Below are positions 56,708-64,000 of a stretch of 64,000 nucleotides of DNA, in pieces (the first letter of the stretch is position 1; the number at the start of each line of letters is the position of its first letter). Source of the DNA: an uncultured Christensenella sp. (GTDB lineage Bacteria; Bacillota; Clostridia; Christensenellales; UBA3700). The notes below the pieces were generated by a model, which was not told where the DNA came from, did not search any database, and worked only from the letters and a program-made list of their open reading frames with translations. A program made the translations under genes and the position numbers. The stretch covers positions 58,714-122,713 of the forward strand of contig CAJUEA010000001.1 of NCBI GenBank assembly GCA_910584975.1. The letters are read 5' to 3'.

Positions 56708-58348
56708 ATGAAACAATCCAATGATTTCAGCATGTATGAATATTTGAAAAGCAGAGATAAGGGAGATAACAGACCTCTTATATCTTATTACAATAACCGA
56801 ATTTCTACTGACACTTTTTTTGAGCAGGTGGACAAGGTTGCAAACGCTTTGAATTCCTTAGGATTGAAATGTGGAGATAACATTGCTTTATGTTTGCCAA
56901 ACATACCAAATGCAATTATTATTTTTTATGCAGCAAACAAACTTGGCATTGCAGTCAACTTAATTCATCCTTTGGTGCCGTCAAAAGCTTTGGGAGAGAT
57001 TATTAAAACTCACAACAGCAAAGTTGCTTTTGTATTTGATTTGTTTTTTAATAAGCATAAAGATGTTCTTGCTGGTATGGATATTTTTTGTGTGCTTTGC
57101 AGGGCATCTGATTATCTTAAAAATGTTTATAAATTTGGCTACAATGTTTATATGAGCAAGAAAAAACCAAAATTGACTTGTGAAAAGGCTATCTTTTTCA
57201 GTGAGTTTTTGAAAAAACAAGATAAAATTGCATGCGAGCGTGAGCATTATGAAGGAATAGGCGAGGAGATTGCAGCGTTTATTCATTCTGGTGGAACAAC
57301 TGGTGTACCAAAAACAGCAATGATACCTAATCGTGCAATAAATGAGTGCAGTTACAGCATTCGCACTTTGATTGGAGACGAAGTGCAAAAAGGCGAAAGT
57401 ATGCTTATGGTGTTGCCAATGTTTCACATTTTTGGACTTGGAGTGTGCATGCATTCAACTTTGACAGCTGGTGCAAGGTGCATATTGGTGCCAATGTTCA
57501 AGCCAAAATCTCTTGCAAGGGTTGTAAGACGAGAAAAAGCAACTTATATGACAGGTGTTCCATCCATGTACGAAAAATTGATAAAAGTCAAATCCTTTGG
57601 TGGCAAGTATTTGAGGAAAATGAAGTATTGCTATTGTGGTGGGGACAAGCTTAAACAAGAAATCAAACAAAATTTTGATAATTTGATGAAAAAATACAAT
57701 TCTGATTGCAGATTGTGCGAAGGCTATGGATTGACTGAGGCAGGTGTTTGCAATGTTAATGTGGAAAACGACGCAAAAGTTGGTTCAGTTGGCAAACCTT
57801 TGGGAGATATAAAAGTTTGCATTGTGGATAGTCAAAGAAACAAATTGCCTTTTTTGCAAAAGGGAGAAATTTGTTTGTCGGGCGACAACATAATGCTTGG
57901 CTATTACAAAGATGAGAAAACTACAAACAAAGTTTTGTTTGAGGATAGCGAAGGTACAAAATGGCTTGCAACAGGCGATTATGGATATTTGGAAGAGAGT
58001 GGACATTTGTTTTTTGTTGACAGATTAAAAAGAATGGTCAAAATAAGTGGAATGAATGTTTTCCCAAATGAAATTGAACATCTGCTTGCAGAAAACATAA
58101 CAGAAATTGATAAATGTTGTGTTGTGGATTTTATACAAAAAGGCAAACCTTATCTTAAACTTTTTGTGAAAATGAAAGATGGATTTGTGTTTTCCACAAT
58201 GCTAGAGCAAAAGATAAGACAAATTATTACAACTAATTTAATGAAATATTCTTTGCCAAAATCGATAGAGTGTGTGGATGAATTGCCACTTACCACGATT
58301 GGCAAAGTAGATTATAACAAATTAAAAGAAAAGGAGCTTAAAAAATGA
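56708..58348 (+). CDS. AMP-dependent acyl-CoA synthetase/ligase (long-chain fatty-acid CoA ligase-like)
   Basis: AMP-binding motif IHSGGTTGVPK, plus GYGLTE and TGDYGY motifs. The start is uncertain (ATG 56708 or TTG 56699). Confidence 0.8.
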   Translation: MKQSNDFSMYEYLKSRDKGDNRPLISYYNNRISTDTFFEQVDKVANALNSLGLKCGDNIALCLPNIPNAIIIFYAANKLGIAVNLIHPLVPSKALGEIIKTHNSKVAFVFDLFFNKHKDVLAGMDIFCVLCRASDYLKNVYKFGYNVYMSKKKPKLTCEKAIFFSEFLKKQDKIACEREHYEGIGEEIAAFIHSGGTTGVPKTAMIPNRAINECSYSIRTLIGDEVQKGESMLMVLPMFHIFGLGVCMHSTLTAGARCILVPMFKPKSLARVVRREKATYMTGVPSMYEKLIKVKSFGGKYLRKMKYCYCGGDKLKQEIKQNFDNLMKKYNSDCRLCEGYGLTEAGVCNVNVENDAKVGSVGKPLGDIKVCIVDSQRNKLPFLQKGEICLSGDNIMLGYYKDEKTTNKVLFEDSEGTKWLATGDYGYLEESGHLFFVDRLKRMVKISGMNVFPNEIEHLLAENITEIDKCCVVDFIQKGKPYLKLFVKMKDGFVFSTMLEQKIRQIITTNLMKYSLPKSIECVDELPLTTIGKVDYNKLKEKELKK

Positions 58349-60711
58349 TAATCAGCGAAAGATTAGCACAAGAATTTGAATTAAAACAGGAGTATAGCGA
58401 TAACATTATCAAGCTTATCGATGAGGGGTGCACAATTCCTTTCATTGCCCGTTATCGTAAAGAAATGCACGGAACTTGCGATGACCAAACATTGCGTAAG
58501 TTTGCAGATCGCCTGACATATTTAAGAAATCTTGAAAAGAGAAAGGAAGAGGTTAAAAACAGCATTGAATCTCAAGGCAAATGGACTGACGAGCTTGCTG
58601 AAAGCGTTGCAAACGCAGAAACAATGACTGAGGTTGAGGATATTTACAGACCTTACAAAAAGAAGAAAAAGACAAGAGCATCTGTTGCTATTGAAAAAGG
58701 ACTTTCTGACCTTGCAGATATTATTATGAGTGATTTGAAGGACGGAGATATTGTTGAAATTGCCACACCTTTCGTGAATGAAGAAAAGGGCGTAAACAGC
58801 ATTAAAGAGGCAATTGACGGAGCAAAGGACATTGTTGCAGAGCGTATTAGTGATGATGCAGAAGTTCGCAAGGAATTGAGAGAGTTGTTTGTTGGTATCG
58901 GAGATATTTGCACAACTTTGGACGAGGAAAAAGATGCAGAAAAAGGTAGCATTTTTGGAATGTATAAAGATTATACAGAAAAGATCAAAGCTATCCCTTC
59001 ACACAGGATTCTTGCAATCAATCGTGGCGAAAAAGAGGATTGTTTGAAAGTTGATTTAAAGCTTGACAAAGAAACAGCACTAAACACAATCAACACAAAA
59101 TATGTACATACAGATTGCTTGTTTACAAATGTAATGCTTGAGGCAACTGAGGATAGCTATGACAGATTGATTTTGCCATCAATTGAAAGAGAGATAAGAA
59201 ATGACCTTACTGACAACGCAAATGAGGGTGCAATTAAGATGTTTGAAACAAATCTTAAGCCTCTTTTGATGCAACCACCTTTGAAAAATAAGGTTGTGCT
59301 TGCACTTGACCCTGCATACAGAACAGGTTGCAAAGTTGCAGTGCTTGACGAAAACGGAAATGTGCTTGCAACAGGCGTTGTTTATCCAACACCTCCACAA
59401 AGCAAAGTTGATGAGGCAGAGGCAAAATTGACTGCTTTAATCAAAGCGCACAGCGTTGAAGTTATTTCAATCGGTAATGGTACAGCAAGCAAAGAAACTG
59501 AAATTTTTGTTGCAAACTTGATTAAAAAATTGGATAAACCTTTGCAATATATGGTTGTAAGTGAGGCTGGTGCATCTGTTTACAGCGCAAGTGAGCTTGG
59601 GGCAGAGGAATTCCCTGACTATGATGTTTCATTAAGAAGTGCTGTAAGCATTGGTAGAAGATTGCAAGACCCACTTGCAGAACTTATCAAAATTGATGTT
59701 AAGAGCATTGGTGTTGGACAATATCAACATGACATGCCACAAAAAAGACTTACAGAAGTTTTGGAAGGTGTAGTTGAGGATTGCGTAAATAGTGTTGGTG
59801 TAGATTTGAATACTGCATCTTACAAATTGCTTTCTTTTGTTTCTGGACTTAACCTTGCAATTGCAAAAAATATTGTGGAATACAGAAAATCTAAGCCGTT
59901 CACAAAAAGAGAACAACTGCTTAAAGTTCCAAAACTTGGACCAAAGGCATATGAACAATGCGCAGGCTTTTTGAGAATTACTGATGGCGTAGAGGCACTT
60001 GACAACACATCTGTACACCCTGAGTCTTACGAGGCAACAAGAGCATTGCTTGCAATTTTTGGGCTTACAGAAAAAGATGTTACAAGTGGTAATCTTGGAG
60101 AATTGGAAGAAAAAATCAACAGCTATGGCAAAGCAAAACTTGCAAATGAATTGGGCATTGGTATGCCAACTTTGGAAGATATTATTGAGGAAATCAAAAA
60201 GCCTGGTAGAGATATTCGTGACAGCTTGCCAAAGCCTATTTTGCGTGATGATTTGATGGATATCAACAACCTAAAAGAAGGTATGGAAATTGTTGGCACT
60301 GTAAGAAATGTTATTGACTTTGGTGCATTTGTGGATATTGGCGTACATCAAGATGGACTTGTACATATCAGTGAAATCAGCAATGATTACATCAAACATC
60401 CATCAGATGCTTTGACTGTTGGCGATATTGTTACAGTAAAAGTTATTGGTGTTGACCCTGCTAAAAACAGAATTAGCCTTACAATAAAAGGTGCAAGCAA
60501 CGCAAAACCTAAGTCTGAAAGCACTGTTAAAGATCCAAAACTTTTGGATAGAAAAGACAAAAAGAACAATAAAGACTTTAAAGCTGGCAATAATAAAGGT
60601 AACTTTAAAGGAAATGATAAGGCTGGATTTAAAGGCAATAAGCCTAAAAAGCCTGAGCAAAATATGGATGATTTGTTGCTAAAATTGCAAAACAAATTTA
60701 ACAGAAGATAA
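58345..60711 (+). CDS. tex: Tex-like transcription accessory protein (YqgF/HhH/S1 domains)
   Basis: 788 aa. N-terminal IPFIARYRKE and C-terminal S1 domain (GTVRNVIDFGAFVDIGVHQDGLVHISE). ATGA overlap with the upstream gene. Confidence 0.9.
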   Translation: MIISERLAQEFELKQEYSDNIIKLIDEGCTIPFIARYRKEMHGTCDDQTLRKFADRLTYLRNLEKRKEEVKNSIESQGKWTDELAESVANAETMTEVEDIYRPYKKKKKTRASVAIEKGLSDLADIIMSDLKDGDIVEIATPFVNEEKGVNSIKEAIDGAKDIVAERISDDAEVRKELRELFVGIGDICTTLDEEKDAEKGSIFGMYKDYTEKIKAIPSHRILAINRGEKEDCLKVDLKLDKETALNTINTKYVHTDCLFTNVMLEATEDSYDRLILPSIEREIRNDLTDNANEGAIKMFETNLKPLLMQPPLKNKVVLALDPAYRTGCKVAVLDENGNVLATGVVYPTPPQSKVDEAEAKLTALIKAHSVEVISIGNGTASKETEIFVANLIKKLDKPLQYMVVSEAGASVYSASELGAEEFPDYDVSLRSAVSIGRRLQDPLAELIKIDVKSIGVGQYQHDMPQKRLTEVLEGVVEDCVNSVGVDLNTASYKLLSFVSGLNLAIAKNIVEYRKSKPFTKREQLLKVPKLGPKAYEQCAGFLRITDGVEALDNTSVHPESYEATRALLAIFGLTEKDVTSGNLGELEEKINSYGKAKLANELGIGMPTLEDIIEEIKKPGRDIRDSLPKPILRDDLMDINNLKEGMEIVGTVRNVIDFGAFVDIGVHQDGLVHISEISNDYIKHPSDALTVGDIVTVKVIGVDPAKNRISLTIKGASNAKPKSESTVKDPKLLDRKDKKNNKDFKAGNNKGNFKGNDKAGFKGNKPKKPEQNMDDLLLKLQNKFNRR

Positions 60712-60984
60712 ATTTTGACTTTGTATTTTAACATTGCAATTTTAAAATATTTGTTTGCTTAAAAAAACTTAATTGCAAGTTTGCATAAAATATAAATTTT
60801 GAAATTTAGCACTACAAAAACAATTTAACCTCGATTTTTGATGGGTAAATTGTTCAAAAACGCTAAAAAGTTAGTGTTCAAACAAAGCATTTACAGTGGC
60901 AGTCAAAACTGCTTAGGCATAAATTTAAGTATTGTAATTTTCACAACTGAATAAAAAACAAATAAGCATAAGGAGGAGTTTGCT

Positions 60985-63258
60985 ATGGAAAAGTTTTCTG
61001 CTTTTTTAACAAAACATAAATTGGCGATCGTTATCGTTTTTGTGACCATTTTGATAGCCTCTCTTGTATGCTTATTTTTTGTGCCAATAAATTCGGACAT
61101 TATATCCTATTTGCCAGATGACATGACAACCTCTGAGGGATATGCCTTTTTGAAAAAAACATTTGATATGGAAAGTGATGCCATTGTTGCCGTAAAAGGT
61201 GCAAGCACAGAGCAAATGACGGAAATCACTAAAAAAATGCAATCACTGGAAGGTGTGAGAGAAAACGGCATAACTTGGTATGGCACGCTGGATTCTTTTG
61301 GCGATATGGGGGATGAAAATGGTGAAATCAAGTTTGGCAACACTGTTATCAATGTAAAAGAACTAGTAACACAAATCAAGGATAATAAGCAAGTCCAAAA
61401 GCTGTTGTGTCCAGCAGAAGATATTTATACAATTATGGTGCAAATGTCTGTGTCTTCAAGCACAAATGAGGCAAGTGCAATTTTAAAACAAACAAAAAAA
61501 ATAATTGAAAGTTACGGACTTGAATATGCTGTTGGTGGCAGTGCAGAAATTTCAACTTCATTGTTGGGCACTGTTACGGGCGAAATGCCATATTTTTTGA
61601 TTGTTGCAGTAATCATAGCAATTTTGGTGCTTGTGCTTACCACAAATAGCTTTTTTGAACCGGTCATTTTGCTTACAACTTTGGCAATAAGCATTTTGCT
61701 TAATATGGGCAGCAATATCATTTTGAAAGATGTTTCGGTTATCACTTTTGCGACATCGGCAATTTTGCAACTTGCACTTTCAATGGATTACTCAATCTTT
61801 TTAATGCATTCGTTCAGAGAAGAGCGTAAAAAGTGTTTTGATGATAGAACTGCAATGGTAAGAGCCATTCCAAAAACCTTTTCAACAGTTTGTGCCTCTG
61901 CATTGACAACTGTGGGTGGATTTATTGCATTGGTGTTTATGCAGTTTGGCATTGGTGCCGACCTTGGCGTTGTGCTGGCAAAAGGTGTTTTGATGTCCTT
62001 GCTTACGGTTGTGTTGTTGCAACCTTGTTTGATGTTGTTTGCATCCAAAACAACTGCAAAGCTTGAGCATCCTGTGCATTTGCCTAAGTTTAATAAATCA
62101 GCAGAAATTGCCGTGAAAGGCAGAAAACCAATTCTTGCAATAGCATTACTTGCACTTGTGCCAATAATTTATTGTGGACTTAGCATTTCATATTCCTATA
62201 TGAAAATGGATAAAGATAAGGAGGCACTTTCTGAAGTGCAACAAGTTGTTGAGGTTATGGGCAACAGTATTTTGATTTGTGCACCAAACGGAGATAGTGC
62301 CAAAGCACATATTGATTTTATTGACGAGGTTGGCAAGCTTGAGCATGTGAGTGTGGTCAGCAGTATTTATGCAATGGCACCAAAGGAAATGTGTGATAGT
62401 TTGCACACTATGATAAAATGGAATTTACCCCAGCTTAAAGCTTATGCAAACAATAAATATGTGCTGTATACAATTATGATTGAAACGGAGTCAGAGTCAC
62501 TAGAAGAAGGAGTGCTACTTGACAACATAAAATCTGTTTTGTCCAACAAGTTTGGGGATGAGTATTATATCACTGGTATGGCTCAGGCAGTCAATGATTT
62601 ATCCATTGTAACTCCAAAGGATTTTGCACTTGTATCAGGCATAAGTGCGATAATAATTTTCATAATACTGATGTTATCAATTCGAAGTGCAAAATATTCT
62701 CTTGCGCTTATGGGTACTGTTGAATTTGGTATTTTCATAAATTTGGCATTGAATTTTATCTTCAACACACCTGTAAACTTTATGGCGTATATCATAATAA
62801 GCAGTGTGCAGATGGGTGCGACGGTGGACTATGCAATTTTGCTTGCAACCAAGTTCAGACGGAATATGGCAAGTATGCCTGTGAAAGAGGCTTGCGTTAA
62901 AGCTGTTAAAGATAGCAGTTTGTCAATTTTGACATCTGCAACCATTTTGGGAGCATTGTGTTTGGCAGTTTATGCAATCACAACCAATGCAATTATCGGG
63001 CAGGTAACATTGCTTATCGGCAGAGGTGCGATAATCAGTGCATTTTTGATTTTGTTTGTTTTGCCAGCAATTTTGATTGCAATCACAAGAAAACCTCCAA
63101 CAAACAATGATATTTTCCACAAATTAAAAGTGAAAATAGATAAAAAGAAAGAGTCAAAAAAGCTTGCAAAAGCAGGCATTGTGAACGAGCAAACGCAAAT
63201 AAATATTGAGATTGAGGGCAATGCAATCACAGATAATTGCAATGAAAAAGTGGAATAA
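60985..63258 (+). CDS. MMPL/RND-superfamily membrane transporter
   Basis: 757 aa. Two blocks of ~6 TM helices, each preceded by a large extracytoplasmic loop. Confidence 0.75.
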   Translation: MEKFSAFLTKHKLAIVIVFVTILIASLVCLFFVPINSDIISYLPDDMTTSEGYAFLKKTFDMESDAIVAVKGASTEQMTEITKKMQSLEGVRENGITWYGTLDSFGDMGDENGEIKFGNTVINVKELVTQIKDNKQVQKLLCPAEDIYTIMVQMSVSSSTNEASAILKQTKKIIESYGLEYAVGGSAEISTSLLGTVTGEMPYFLIVAVIIAILVLVLTTNSFFEPVILLTTLAISILLNMGSNIILKDVSVITFATSAILQLALSMDYSIFLMHSFREERKKCFDDRTAMVRAIPKTFSTVCASALTTVGGFIALVFMQFGIGADLGVVLAKGVLMSLLTVVLLQPCLMLFASKTTAKLEHPVHLPKFNKSAEIAVKGRKPILAIALLALVPIIYCGLSISYSYMKMDKDKEALSEVQQVVEVMGNSILICAPNGDSAKAHIDFIDEVGKLEHVSVVSSIYAMAPKEMCDSLHTMIKWNLPQLKAYANNKYVLYTIMIETESESLEEGVLLDNIKSVLSNKFGDEYYITGMAQAVNDLSIVTPKDFALVSGISAIIIFIILMLSIRSAKYSLALMGTVEFGIFINLALNFIFNTPVNFMAYIIISSVQMGATVDYAILLATKFRRNMASMPVKEACVKAVKDSSLSILTSATILGALCLAVYAITTNAIIGQVTLLIGRGAIISAFLILFVLPAILIAITRKPPTNNDIFHKLKVKIDKKKESKKLAKAGIVNEQTQINIEIEGNAITDNCNEKVE

Positions 63259-63309
63259 AAACAATATCAATTACAACAAAATTAAGTTGATTTTAATTTT
63301 ATAGATAAT

Positions 63310-63346
63310 AGAATACTGAGTGCTGCTTCGGTATTCTATTTTTTTT
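63310..63346 (+). terminator. Intrinsic terminator of the MMPL gene
   Basis: Stem AGAATAC/GTATTCT followed by eight T. Confidence 0.75.
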
Positions 63347-63614
63347 GGCAGGATATGGCTAAATTAAAATTTTAAAATTGACTTATTATAATTAATGTGT
63401 TAAAATATATATGAGAAATTTTGAGCACATATAAAAGTTTCTTAAAATGCTTGATTTTTGTCAGGCGATGCAATCAAAAAAAGTTTGTTTTGATAGCGTT
63501 GATTTGATTTTAAATAAATTAAAATCTTTTTAAGCAGTTGTTAAATTGAAATTTGTTTGTCAAAAATTTTTGCGTTTGATTGCAAAAAAAATAGAGATTA
63601 ATAAGAGGGGTTAA

Positions 63615-64000
63615 ATGAAAAGAAAATTTGTTGTAATATTCAGTGTTATGCTTTTGCTTTGTGCCTCAGTTTTGGGACTTGTTGCCTGCAAGCATAATCA
63701 CGAATGGAACGAGGCTTGGGAAAATGATGCAACTTACCATTGGCATAATTGCAACAAAAAGGGTTGTGATGAAGAGGGTAATAAAGAGGAACACTCTTTT
63801 GCTTTGAAAACAGATTTGAACAATCACTGGCAACAATGTTCTGTTTGTGGTTATTCAAAAGATGTTGTTAAACATAACTTTAACAGCAACAATGACTATA
63901 TTTGTGATGATTGTGGCTTTCAACATCAACACAAAATAGTTTATGACGATGCAGACCATCAATACGCTTGTGACAATTGTGATATCAACAAAGATAAGTC
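63615..64000 (+). CDS. Lipoprotein with repeated Cys/His/Trp-rich module, 3'-partial (not in the ORF track because the frame is open at the window end)
   Basis: RBS AGAGGGG upstream of ATG 63615. MKRKFVVIFSVMLLLCASVLGLVAC lipobox, then HNHEWNEAW..YHWHNCNKKGCDEE..HSF..HWQQCSVCGY.. Confidence 0.7.
   Translation, partial: MKRKFVVIFSVMLLLCASVLGLVACKHNHEWNEAWENDATYHWHNCNKKGCDEEGNKEEHSFALKTDLNNHWQQCSVCGYSKDVVKHNFNSNNDYICDDCGFQHQHKIVYDDADHQYACDNCDINKDK

Noticed and set aside
1-64000. Mycoplasma-type genetic code (TGA read as Trp)
   Set aside because: TGA terminates conserved genes at their expected lengths (cysS 34065-34067, radC 46317-46319, gltX 47996-47998, RHH gene 4476-4478), and Trp positions use TGG.

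Overview
Low-GC Bacillota/Mollicutes-like chromosome using the standard genetic code: TGA ends conserved genes such as cysS and radC at normal length. Bases 1 to about 9.8 kb are the right-hand part of an integrated conjugative, plasmid-like element. It carries a VirB6-like membrane protein (partial), a VirB3-VirB4 fusion ATPase, a ParA plus ribbon-helix-helix pair, a small-protein operon and a terminal ISLre2/UPF0236-type DDE transposase. The most interesting content lies at 4.5-6.7 kb. Two adjacent cassettes have type III toxin-antitoxin architecture: sigma-A promoter, two ~58-nt structured RNA units, an intrinsic terminator, then a ~280-aa protein. Cassette A encodes a clear ToxN/AbiQ-family toxin. 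Cassette B encodes an unrelated N-terminal domain. Both share an RNA motif and a C-terminal peptide motif absent from classical ToxN/AbiQ. A 13-bp motif (TGTAAAGACAAAW) marks three intergenic sites in the element, once as an 8-unit tandem array, and is probably the centromere/operator of the ParA-RHH pair. The rest is mostly housekeeping: GH2 beta-mannosidase, potABCD with a cupin-XRE regulator, trxA, fic, a Cys T-box cysE-cysS operon, ade, two amino-acid ABC systems, pdxS, pepV, radC, gltX, mrnC, thyA-folA, rlmB, GH13, an acyl-CoA ligase, tex and an MMPL transporter. Oddities in this part include a dispersed REP-like repeat family, three phased 61-bp repeats upstream of fic, and an ApgM-TM-ectodomain fusion. 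Others are a perfect 571-bp tandem gene duplication, apparently circularly permuted binding proteins, and an Asp-less response regulator. No rRNA, tRNA or CRISPR array was recognised.
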